A DNA stretch of 64,000 nucleotides. Source: Balanoglossus misakiensis (lineage: Eukaryota; Animalia; Hemichordata). This document shows positions 1-12,800 of this stretch, one piece after another; positions within the stretch are counted from its first letter, which is position 1, and every line of letters begins with the position of its first letter. The notes beneath the pieces were generated by a model. That model was given only the letters and a program-made list of their open reading frames with translations, was not told the origin of the DNA and searched no databases. Location: assembly GCA_040954595.2 (NCBI GenBank), contig CM082578.2, positions 7,239,519 through 7,303,518 on the forward strand, read 5' to 3'. Both the position numbers and the translations under genes were made by a program.

Positions 1-777
1 TTGCCATAAATCAGGGCTGCTTAATGGCCGTCGGGATGCCTCCAGTTGCCCTGACCTGGAAATCACTCCCTCATCAAAGGTCTCTGTCCTCCACAACTCC
101 CCCCTTGATATTCCGGCACATGTCACATCTGCTACACTTCCTCTCGTGCTCTCGGATCTACGAGCTCTACGAACTCCATTCATTGCCACCCAACGGCATG
201 GGACTTCTCCTCAAGGCCAATTGGCAGAAGCCGTCTGTTAAAAAAAAAGATTTGGCGGGGGCCGTCTTTTTGCCATGTGCTTCCGAGTTAAATTGTTTCA
301 ATTTGCACCGCCATTGTCTCGTCGTCGTTCCTATTTCCAGCGTTTACGATAATTGATGAATGACGGTGGAAATAAAACGCGCCAGACCGAGTTTAATTTG
401 ACCCAGGAATTTCAGAGAAAATGCAAATTGGACAGGGGGTGGCTATTTATAGACCATTCAGCGCTTCAAGATGACACTTAGGTATGTCTGTCTGCCGCAT
501 TCTTCAAATTCTGTGAAGGTGATATAGTCAAAGCAAACGCTCCGTGACAGGTTTTTTCTCCCGCAGACCTTTTCCAGCTCTGTCATTCAAAGCGTTCAGA
601 ACCTTGAGAAGTCGTACGATGCAGTTGTGGCGGCTCTAGAAACCGGTGCTGTTTTTACGGCTGTACATCTGTGCACAGATACTAATTCCCTTTGAATGTG
701 ACTTATAAATATATGTTTCTAAGTACAAGAAAGTTAGCAACAGTGCTGTGTTATCGTTGTTGATGATTGTGTGTGTT

Positions 778-862
778 CCCTTTCACCACCATGGTTCGGT
801 CCGAATCCGTCACTTTCTACTGTAGAGTTAGACCTCAAAAGAGGGAACCGGGGGTGAAAGGG
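778..862. mobile_element. Short (85 bp) degraded MITE with piggyBac-like ends
   Basis: 10-bp terminal inverted repeat CCCTTTCACC...GGTGAAAGGG followed by TTAA at 863-866. The left TTAA is not preserved. Confidence 0.55.
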
Positions 863-3800
863 TTAAACCACGGCCCACACACCCATACTGTGACTGTTTG
901 TAAATTTTGTCTGCAAGTTGGGGTGTGTTAGTGCCTTCCTACATGTACCACCAATAGGGTTTTTTCGGTTTTACTTCTAGACTATAACTGTGCAGTCCGT
1001 GTGTCCTGTGTGGGACCTCGGTGGCAGCCCAGCTCCCAGACGATCGATTCCGCCATGCAAAATGCATTCCTTCTAAAAATTCATCACTTCAATTGCTCTG
1101 TTTATGACCTCTTGCAGTGGAATTATAATGGAAGCTATGACCTAGTGAGCACACTCAAATGATGTGTTAATACACTTCTGTCGCTTTCTGGCGAATCAAT
1201 GCATAACTTTATGAAGTTTGCCCTCCTTACATCATGAGGATATTAACCTCGTATCGATTTCTAAGTTTCTTTTTAACACTTTTTTTATTGATAATGAAAT
1301 CACAGAAGCATGTCAGTCATAGGTTAGTTGTAACTTTATATTTCTATATGTAGAAATCGGGGAATCTATGTCCAAAGTAAACTGTTAATATGGAATGAGT
1401 TTAGTGTACCTATAAAATCTTAATCAATTAAAAGTAAGACTAGATGTCCATTTTGAAGGTTTTGTACCTGTGTTTACTACCAGTATTAGCATACAAGGAA
1501 ATTATATGTCAGAATTTCCTTTGGGCATCGATGGTTTCCGGTGGACCTTACAAAATGATCAGTCAAACGGCAACTGTCAAAAATCAATTTCCTGTGGGTG
1601 AACTTGGCATTGTGTTTGAAAACAAAAACTCGTAAAAAACGAGAGCCGCCATAATCAGCCAAATGTGAAGGTCAGCGGCCTCATTAATCTATCAGAAAAG
1701 ATACAAGCATGTAGTTTGTAAGTTGTTCCCTGCAAGGACTACCATTGTGTTGTTTATAACCAGATGTGGGTTGGCGTAGTGGCATTGACGTGTCGATGGA
1801 TGTCTGTGAGAAAAATGCTGGTAGGGGCGCTATCATGGTGTATACTTAAACTGTACTCCAAAGTTTATCTCTCTGGGTGTAGTTTTTTTTTTGGGGGGGG
1901 GGGGGCGGAGGCAAATTTCTTGATTGGCATAGTGATGGATTTGCGTATGACATTTTGACTGGTAGCAAGTCACGCTTACTATGTACTGTTGCCATGGCAG
2001 CCTTGGAGGTTGAAAATTGTGGAAATGTGGCCAATGAAACTCTAAGCGAATTATTTCAAACCTATTAGTGTGAGTCTGAAACAATAAACAAGTATCAGAA
2101 GAAATTTTGAAATTCTTCCTTTAAAATTAAAAAAAAATCAAAGGCCCAGATTCCACTGCAGAGATAATTATGCAATTGTCAATTTAGTTGGAAAAAACAG
2201 GGCAGTTTGCAAATTTGAGATTATTGAAGAAAAATTTGATGCATGCTTTGAAACAGATAGCTCTGACCTGCCTCAGTGCCAGCACATATTGCAAAGATGA
2301 GTTTTTCAAAAAAAAAGGGAGAGAGGAATTAGCATATTGGGGGTGGAAATTGTGTTACGTATCATAGTCTGCAACAAAGGACACCAACTGCTACATGTCT
2401 GCCTGGGATCATCCCATAGAATAGGGAAAAGAAAATCTGAATGGTTGATTTGCACATTGTAGGGCGCGAAAGAAAACCCTGGCAGATGGCTGATCACCTC
2501 CGCTGCCTTTCAATCGCTTCATTACTGCAGCCCTCCACTTTGTTGTACACTGTTATGCACATTAACAGGATTTTTGCCTCCTGTTAACCCGGTCAAATAG
2601 CCAGATCAGAGCCAGAGACCGACTCCTCGGTCTTTCAGCTGACTCACACCGTGTGATTACATTTGTCAAATTCAATTTTCGGCATGACAGAGTTCCAGTG
2701 GAAGATGTAACACACGGCGACACCTATTCCGACTCTGCGGCTGAGCAGCGTTTAATCTCGGAGTTTTTTTTTATTCCAGACAATATTAAACTAAATCCTC
2801 TGGCATCATAGTTGACTGGAGAAATTCCTTTGCGATAACATCACGGTGTGAGATCTCCATAATTTTGATAATCGCTTCCCCGACGGGTGCATGCATTGCT
2901 CATGAAACTTTTACAGATGTGGAAGGGTGAAATTGATTGAACCTTAATGGTGAAAAGCATAAAATATTGATGGTGATACCGTGAAAACCACATGTATTAT
3001 TGATGTCTCTGCATGAGATGTAAATATTTTCGACGGATGATGCTTTGAATGGATAATCAAACCCCATTGTTACATTTTTATAGGGTATTGTTGGAGACAC
3101 GCCCCCAGCCCTGTTTAACACATCCTTAAATTTGTCCACGTTATTTTCTCGTATACATGATATCATATACATGTTCAAGCACTTCTGAAAGCTTCTCTCC
3201 GACGAAAAACGCTGATAATGGCCTCTGGATGCACGCCTTGCGGGTTAAGACGTAGGTTGCAGGGTTTTTTGGGTGCAATGAAATTGGAAAAAATGAATTT
3301 TCATCGCATCCAGAAGTGGAAGTAATGATTCAGATGACACCGAAAGTAATTGGATCACTGCATGATAATTTGCTTACGGGGGGCTTCCGTTGGTTCGGCA
3401 CACATAATGGCATCAGAAGAAAAAAACTCCCAGAGAACTAATAAACTATGATCACATATGGTAGTCTGGCTCTGAATCGAGGCTTAATAATGCATCGAGA
3501 CATATTTACAAAACAAAAAAAATAATGACATGTGGATATATCTCTCGGTATGATTCATCGCTGGTTGTTACCAGGTGGTGGGGCGATGTCTCGTAATGGC
3601 TAAATTGCCTGATTGGTGAGGTGTCTATTCTTCACTGCGTGGATGGCTTCATCTGTTTTCTCTTCCACAGTCGAGTCACTTTTTTTCTCTCGCTTTTCAA
3701 CCGAGATGATTAATTGTGGCGGACTTGATGTGTCTTGATGGGATTAGCTGTGGCTGGCGTTCATTGTTAGAATTTGCCTGCCGTTTTTTCTTCTCTCTCT

Positions 3801-6800
3801 TCTCCGTAACGCACATGCAACTAATGACAAAGATCCATCCATCAGCATCAGACAGGCCAGAAGCTTGAAGCACCCGGTTTCAAGTAAATGAAACGAGTCA
3901 AGCCTGATAATCATCCGTCATGTGACGACAACAATTTCGACTATCTGCACTGAGACAGAAAGAGGGTGGGAGGGGGGGAGGAAAGCCATCATTAATACTC
4001 AGAGTACACCTGCGGGTTTGGTCTTTAATGAGAATGATATCATCCTCTTTGTGGGGAGTTTTCATGAAATTTTAATTGCGTGTCTTCCCAAATTTTATGG
4101 TGTTCCTGATAGGATTTGTACAGTTATCAGTCTCTCTGTCCGATTTTCCCATCAATCAAGACGTGAGAAGCTAGCCAGCACGTAGCAGAATGAATGCAGT
4201 GTAAAATGAACCCCAGATATCAATTGCCAATTCATATCTGTAAAGCCATTCACACTATACCTACGTTTAAGACCATTTAAATGTTTTTTGAATACCATAT
4301 TCTACGTGTCGAACAATTAATTTGTAAGCCAAGTTTAAGCTTGAAAAATCTAGAATTTTTCGACTGAGCAGATTCGTAGAATAGATCTAGCGGTCTTTTG
4401 TGTGTCACCATGAGTGAGCAGTGTTGACAGTGGCTTTGACAGGGCCGAGATACTATCTGGGGTAACACCCTTCAACTTGTCTACTTCGGAGAACAATAAC
4501 ACGGTATACCCTGACTTCGACGCATTGTTTTCCCCCAACCCCAAGTGCGCTGTGAATATACAGTCAGACATCTGGATAAGCTGCTCGAATCGTGATTTAT
4601 GTACCCAGTGTACGGTCAGTGCCTGATACAAGGCTGTACCAGGTGCTGTGCGTATCTGCAGGGGGATGGTTTCTCCCTGGTGCCAAGAATCTCCACTCAA
4701 GGAGAAACAGCGTTTGCTTGATTTTCTTGATGGAGTACGCTGCAATCAAACCAAGTCGTCAAAAGGTGTACACACAAGTATTTCCCCAGTATTTTGTCGT
4801 TGCACTCAGTTTACATTGATTGATCGCCAGTTCCCTACTTCCTGTGTTCTCTCTGTTAATGTTTCATCAATCTTTTAATTAACTGGCAATGCTGAGCACT
4901 TCGCAACGTGGGTTTTCGCAGACGTTTTGAATTATACTCAACTGGGTCGAAATGAACTTCGGTGAACTGTCTGCAATAAAATTTGAAGTTTTATTGCCCG
5001 TATTCTCTGCCTGTATTGCGAGTCAATTTATCTTAGCAAGTAGGTCTACTAATTTATGTTAGTGTAGGCAGAGAAGTGTAAATATGTGCTCATAGAAAGT
5101 AGTTATGTAAGGTCCTGAGAGATTGCAATATATTAAATATAAATTTACACAGTAAAAATCATAAATACAATTTTGGCATTTCTTTATTTCATGTAGCCGA
5201 AAAGCAAACTTGGGAAAACTGAGACTTCATAAATTACATAAAATATTACTCTCGGCTTTGCTTTATTGTTGTTCGACTGAGATAACCCTGGAATTTTAAC
5301 TGCCCTTGTCAGTATTTGAAGTATAGGTGGAGCTGAAAAACAGCAAAAGCAAGAAAAAAGGGGAAAATATTCAAAGATCGCTTTATATCGAGAGTGTCAG
5401 CAAAAACATCTTCATCCAGCTTCCAAGGCAACCGGAGGAGTAGACCACAGAGGGCGCTGTGCACCAAGAAACGGGAAAAGATAAGGAGGAGCAAGCACGG
5501 ATGTCTTCCATAACGACAAGAGGATGATGATCTCCATCCCTTTGTTTCCCCCCCCCCAACTATTTGAAAGATGAATTTTGAGAAAGGAAACCCCAAAATG
5601 TCTGCATTGTTCATCATGCAGAGTGAATCATGTTCCCATTTCCAATACTAATCTAATAATGACGCGAGGGCCGTTTTGTAATTTACAATATTTAACGACT
5701 GTTATTGATGTTATCCTATTAGACCGGGCTGATTTATTAGTCATCGGGATCCCCTTGACAACAATCCCTGAAAGCTACTCTTTTGATTTTAGTACGACTT
5801 TCAGGAAGTAAAGGCCTCATAAACGTTTGAAAGTAGGCAGCGGAGAATTAAAATTTTCCAATGATTTTATATGCTTGCTTATCTTTACGAGTACCTGGGA
5901 TTTGGCTGATTCATTTCCATGATTGATGTCTTTTCAATTTTCATGTCTACGTTTATACACACGTAGCCAGCGGTTGTTGATTGCATTTTCACTAAGTGTG
6001 GTAATTTTTCAACAAATTTGACCCAGGAAAGGAAGCTGGAGGACTCCTTTTGTGACAGACTAGTACTTATTCATAACCAGAAATAAAAGGCTATGTCGAA
6101 ATTCGTAGTGAAGAGCGGTCTGCTGTGTCCGTGCCGAACGACAGAGTGAATCCCGTGGGAAATTCACCCACATAACCTCGTAATAAGGATGGGTCAAGAA
6201 TTCGCCATGGAGGAGTTAAACAGAATCAGAAGTTGTATTCATTTTTTGTTGCTGCTGCGTTGGACGGGCGACAGCACGCCTGTATCGCATTCCCCCGTTT
6301 CCCCCATTGTCATGCATTTAAAGGGTAATCTTTAACGCACAATTAGTAAATTATGTGCCTATTAAGCTTGCCTCTGCCGGCTTTTAAAGTGGTGTCTTCC
6401 AATGATGATGCAGATCCGCAACCAGCGTCATCATGCTTGTTGGTGAAGTTTAGTGGCAGAAAAAAGGTTTGAATGTGCTGTAGAATAGATAGAAGCTGCA
6501 GAGATACTTTGTGAAAACTTTTCAAGAAGTCCTAAAAAAAGAAAAAAACACCATTCTTACAGTTTTCGCGTTGGAGACGGATCATACATAATATAGTAGG
6601 TTGTGTGACTAGGGTTAAAAGTACACAAGACTTCAGATACCTGGCAACAAGTATTGTATGTCCTTACGTGCACTTTGGCACTAAGTATCAAAACCATGAC
6701 CCTTGGTACATCCATGAGAGACAGAAAATAAATAGTCTTTGGACAGTGGACAGTTTCAGGGATTCAGTGAAAAATTGAAAGAATGGTTTGAATGTTAACT

Positions 6801-9800
6801 TTATCCCGGCCAATTTCAGGTCATAATAAACAAGTATAATTGAATGATGTCGGGATGTATACGATCACCAGAAGTTTTGATGACTTGCTGTGCTGATCCT
6901 ACGGAGATGAAATTACTGTATCAATATTTTTTTGTTACTCGGGACAGTTTGATCAAATTCTCACTGTTGCACCCAAAGGCGCAAGCAAACTTTTTTTTGT
7001 TCGCAGAAGTCAAGGCAAAAATGAAAATGCACTGAACTGAAAATAAATCGATGGGTGACTCTCTCTGTTGTCGTTTCACCGCATGTACGTACACGTACGC
7101 CACGGAGGTAGTCTTCTGTGTCTGTTTGTAAATGACTCTCATACCGAATTAGATGAGCTATGTTAATAATGTCTTTTGTGCTGAACCCAGGGGACTTCTC
7201 ATTCATCCACGGATGTCGTGACACGCCAACGTCTCCAATTAACCACCTTGACGTTCTCAGCTCGCCTTTTTTCGTTGCTTGAATTGAAATGCATGATTTT
7301 GTGGTCTCTTCAGTGACTGTGAAATAATATGATTGACATCCTGATCAACGTAGGTGCCATCAGTTATTCTTGCGTTCACTTCAAAGTTTCAGAAGGGTGC
7401 ATTTACGCAGGAAAATAAATTGTTAAAAGTTTTAGTCCAACTGACTTGTCTAAATGCTGGTTCTACTTAAGGGTTCCAGGATCACCTCTCAGTCATCTGG
7501 TGGCCTATAAACACTTCTAGTTTGTCAGCTTCTGTAACAAATGGAGAAAAAACTTAAAGGATTTTCCTGTTCTGAATCTTCAAAATCCAGGCATTGTAGG
7601 TTTTCCATGTGCTCTAATCTTCTCTCTTGTTAAAATACTTCCCTCCATGGAATATCCTAATTACCTGCTAATTAAACAGATTATCACATTAATTGTTGCG
7701 ACTGGATGAAAGCCCTCTTCAGAGGACAATTACATAAAGGAGAGAGCTTTTAATTCAGAATTGAGAGTGTGACTGTGTGTGTGTGTCCACTTTGAGCATT
7801 GAATTCTGTAAATGCCAGTTGAGGGCTCTCAACATGCCCGAAACATGCAGGGAAAAAATACTTCCACATGACTCACCACAGCCAAGACCACTTCAAGTAC
7901 TTCCTTCCTGTTCAAGGATGAAAGGATGTGGTTTTTCCCGATCGCTGACCTACGCAGCCAACTTTTCAACTTTCTTTTCTCATAGTTGTAGAGTGTCATT
8001 ATAGCTGGAGGGGGGAGACTGTAACTTGTAAGGTGGTCTGTTTTCCCCAAATAGAAAAAGAAATAAATGACCATCCCACACAGAAACCTGTGGCAGATTA
8101 TAGGTGTTTTGATGAGAGAAATTATCCCATCCCTGCTAATCCTATTAAACAGCTTTCCCCATTATTTGATCCTGGTGCTGAGAATGATTCTCACATTTAC
8201 TCTAATGGGAGGGTATTGTCTGTAATGACTTTGTAAACATGTTGTTCATCCAAATGCAGATAAACCGTGAGAAGGTTTCTTGGACCCCTTTTTTTTTGGC
8301 TTTCTTCGCCTCAATTTGGGTGGCAAATAATGTTGAGCTGGGGACCCTATCAAGAGGAATTATGATATTATGCCAAGGTCTTTGAAGGTGCCGCCATAAT
8401 CTAGCAATTGTGGTGTGATTGCTCGTAGTCACTCTGAGCATTTAGGTTTTCCGATGGGACAGAGAGAGAGAAAAAAGTGAGAACACTCCTTAACCTTGGG
8501 TTGAAGTGCCCTGAACCAGAAGGATTTGTTAATAAAACACAGTTGTGTTGACTGCAAAGCAGACTTTTTCTGACCTTTCTGAGGGAACCCTGGCTAATCC
8601 ATTGTGTCTAATCTGAACATTTTGAAGAAAACACTTGAACACACACACAAAAAAGTTTCGGCGTGCTGCGGCTGACGTCGGAATTAGCCGGTTGTTCGCA
8701 AATCTTGCGCGCAGTTTGACCGCGTTTTAAAAAAGAACGCTCGGGGTGAAGCTGAGAGCCCGTGCTGATAGAAAAAAGTAATATCAGATCATTTACAGTA
8801 TTTCTGAAAAGCGAGGCATTGTGTGCAGCGGTTTATTACTCGCAGTAATATGTTTTCAGTGACAGAGACTGGAAAAGGATAGGGAATCTGGTTGAATGGG
8901 AAACTGAGACTGCACGTCGCCAGCGCTTGCAAACGCACAGGCACCGACGATAGCTGACTGCTGCGTTTTCTTGAAGGAACCAATATTCCATATTGCTTAA
9001 TGCACCGAAGCGTTTTGACGGAGAATCGGAATCGGTTAGGTGGGGGCAAGCTCGAAATTGATTTCTGCGATCTGTTGGGTCTGCTTTCCACGAAAGCAGC
9101 AGCATCGCACTTTCATACGAGGGAACCGAAAAATAAAAATGACACAATGCTTTTGATTTTAAGAGATCAATCCAGGGACTAGTCTAGGTTGACGACGTCT
9201 AAAAGCTTGACTAATAATAACAAAAAAATGTCTTTTCAAATTTTGCTCACAAATGGCGATGAATTTTATTCTGTGTGTCTCAAGTCTTGGCGCCTCTTTA
9301 GTTTAGCAAGAAACTGAAAATTGAGTGGCTGCAGACACAATTTTGAAAATGGGCTTTACCGCTGGGTGAAAATCATGGAAGATAATGAAATGATCACAGT
9401 GCTGAGGCAAATTTGCTTCAAGTTGTTATTTTATGTCAAATGCATTTTTCGAGTGGGGGGGGGGGGTTGACGTAAAGACACTATCTTATTGGGGGTACCT
9501 GATTTAAAAAAGACAGAGGCAAAAATTGTGCGTTAATTACATTTTGATCAGTGCATAGATCTTTGTTTGGAATAGTAAATGGAAATACCTGCAAGTTTTC
9601 ATCAGCTGTGACAAATTGATTATAAAAATAATGAATAAATCAATAACATTGTCTGTAATATTATTTTTTCATTAACAGCTAACCCGGGAATACATGTAAT
9701 TGAATAGAAAGGCACAATTTCGATAATTAGGTCTTAATTAATGTACAATTAGGCAAACACAAAGAGAAGGGCACAGATGTTGGTAAACTGTAAGTACAAT

Positions 9801-12800
9801 TATATATCATGGCAAATGCCCGCATGACCCGATTATATCTGCCTGTAGTATTAAAGTCTTAACCGGTGGTGATCCCTGTTTGATTTCCTGTTTAGACTTG
9901 CGGTCTTGGTCGCGCATTCTTGTCTGTCTGGCCTTAGTGTGAGAGACCAGAAATGGTGTGAGCGGCCAACAATGGTCAGACAAGAGTCTGGGTTCAGGAT
10001 AATAAGCCCCCTGTGGCGCTTGGTGGTCACTTTTGATGCATTGTGGATATCCGTATCTCATGGGTACTCTCCACACTGATGGGAAGTTCTCCCATCAGGA
10101 GACAGGGGGAGGATTCTATGGGGGTTGGGTCTCCCTGGAGAATGCAGATGTGCACCGGGGGAACGATTCCGTCTCGTGGTCTCAGAGAAGGTCGATCAGC
10201 CCGATTCACGGAGTTAATGAGAAGTCAGGAGGGAGTGCCGTGCATGCAGGCTTTGCCGACGCGACTGGACAGTAGAAAGCAGACAAACTGACCCATAGAA
10301 AGGACAGAGGGCCCGTGTGAAGGTTAATCGTATTGTTATTACGGGGCCACTGCGTTGTCAACGCAGAGCATTGGACCCACAGGCAAATACTCAATCAGTG
10401 CCTCTTAAAAAAAAGAAGAAAACCCGAATACGGACAACCTCTCCATTTGAAGTGTAGCTAGCACGCCAGTCTACCTGTCAACGGGGTCTTTGATTGATTT
10501 GATAGAAAATGTTACAAATTCCAAAGGCTGCGGTGAGTGCTGGCCGGAGCTCTGACAAGTCCTGATGGATGAAGCCAATCTCTGCGGCGATGAGAAACAA
10601 GACAAGTCCATCCATCTTGGGAACGTGTCAGAGTCCCTGTTGTCAGGGGGGCAGTCTCGAACCTGGCCAGCTACTTAAGAGAGGAAAGCCAAACAATTTG
10701 TTAGGGGGGACAACCACACACTCGACAATGATAAAAGGGGGTTGGCCCCTTGGAATAGTTCTATCCCTCTCTCTATATCTCCAGACTACCGTCGCTGCAG
10801 CCGGGCAGCAGATAGATTTGTTTGGGAAGATAGATTACCAAACAGTGTGTACTCCATTAAAAAGGCATTACTCTCTGGTTCCGATGACAATGGACTGGTG
10901 TCTGCTTTTGTCTGCGGTTGTTAGGAGTAATGTACAGGCATCCCCGGTCATAATTGGTTAAACCGGGCACACCGCTATCAATCAGCCAGTGTCACTGATT
11001 GATAACTAGTTGTAATGGAAAACTTTTTTTTTTCTGCCGATTAGCCACGGCTTTTTCCAACTTGTGGACACTGCTATTATTTTCCGAGAGAGCATAAATC
11101 ATGCCCCATTTGAGGTTTTGACAAGCACTGTGGTTAATTTTGTGACCGCTGTCTGTGAAACTCAGCAACTTGGAACTCCTAGTTAAATTTTTTTCTTCAA
11201 GTGGGTGTGGTTTTTTCCCCCTATTGTGATAAGATAACTGATCTCACCGTTATTGACCTAAACTGAAATCCACCCAAATGAATGAATAAAAAAGGACAGA
11301 ACAGAAACATAAAAGTACATACATGACAGTTGTGGGCTTCTACAGAAGTCAACCAAAATAAAGAAAAAAACAAACTAAAACAAAAATATTCTTCTGGGCG
11401 GAAACTAGTACAACTTATCAACTGTTTTTTGTTGTAGTTTGTAATCTCTCATTGCATGGTCGGGGTCTTTACCATATTCATTTATTTGATTGAAGACTCT
11501 CTACTCTGTAGTCTGTCCTACAGAATGAAATACATGCTGGCTTATTACTATTGACCTGTGCAGCCCTGTATTTGACCATCCAGTAGACTGTACTGAAGCC
11601 TGAAGGTACCTGTATAGTCCTACCTGAAACGTGCTACAGTGTTCTATCTACTCCTTATTCAATTTACACTATTTTTTCATGCATGGTCCACTTCAGGCGT
11701 GACACTGTCGCGGAACCAACTGTGTTTCATCTCTCTCAAGGAGATCGACTAGCTCCACCGTTTTTTTATTTCTCTCAGTGTGCAGTGATGATGGATGATT
11801 TGTAGGGATACAGTCACTTGCCTCAACCCTCGATCGCGCCATTCACCTGACTTGAGAGCATCCTTCAGAATGTGTTTGTCGCAGTTTGTACAAAAAAACT
11901 TAACACCTGAAATGTCAACCAGTGCACAACCATTCGCCCCGAGTGGAGAGCGTTCTCGAGAATATTGTACACACACGCCCCGATCGTTCAAACGAACATT
12001 AACCCCTGAAACACAGCCAAGCCATAAACGTGGTCACCACTTCAACAGATGTCCTGCCTTGTTAAACTCTTGACTCCGCTGCAAACATATGTCAAGCTCT
12101 TTGTAGTGGGCCCATCAAGATAGAAATCTGCCTTGATGAAAAATTATCAAATGTTATTTAATATGATATCGATATGATCAAAATCTCTCAAAGAACACCT
12201 GGATACGGTCTTCTTCTGTTGTAATTTTGTTGGATCCCCATCCTTTGTTCAGCGTGTCTCGTGGTAATATTTGAAGATTGCGTAAAGTTTGCGTAAAGTT
12301 ATGCTTTTAAAGTTTGAGGTAACATTAAAGTACGACTAGGAGGCCAAAGGTGTTCATTAAGCTGTCATTTCAAAATGATTAGCAGCGCTGACAAAAGAGC
12401 AACCTTTGTCCATATCACAGGATCCAAGGAGTGCTCGTGTGTTTTTGGGCTGGGTTTGGGTTGAAGTCGGTCTTTGCTCTGTCAGTGGAAATCCAGCCAT
12501 TTTTTCACATGGTTTTCTTTGTGTCTGATTATTTTTGACAACGACAATATCTGAGAGCGTTCACTGCTGTGGAGACTTGCCGCTAATAAGGCATGCTTGA
12601 AGTAACTGTCAACAGTCATCAAACATCGCACACATTAAAACAAGAAGTTGAAGAAATCTGAAGATCAGAATCACCACTGGCTCACTTGCAGATCTATCCG
12701 GAGCATTGCAATTTTAATTGGCAAAGGAATCTGCAATTGTATTTTCGGCGAAATCCATCTGAGAGGATGACGTTTGTAATCAGGTTGATTACATGAATAT

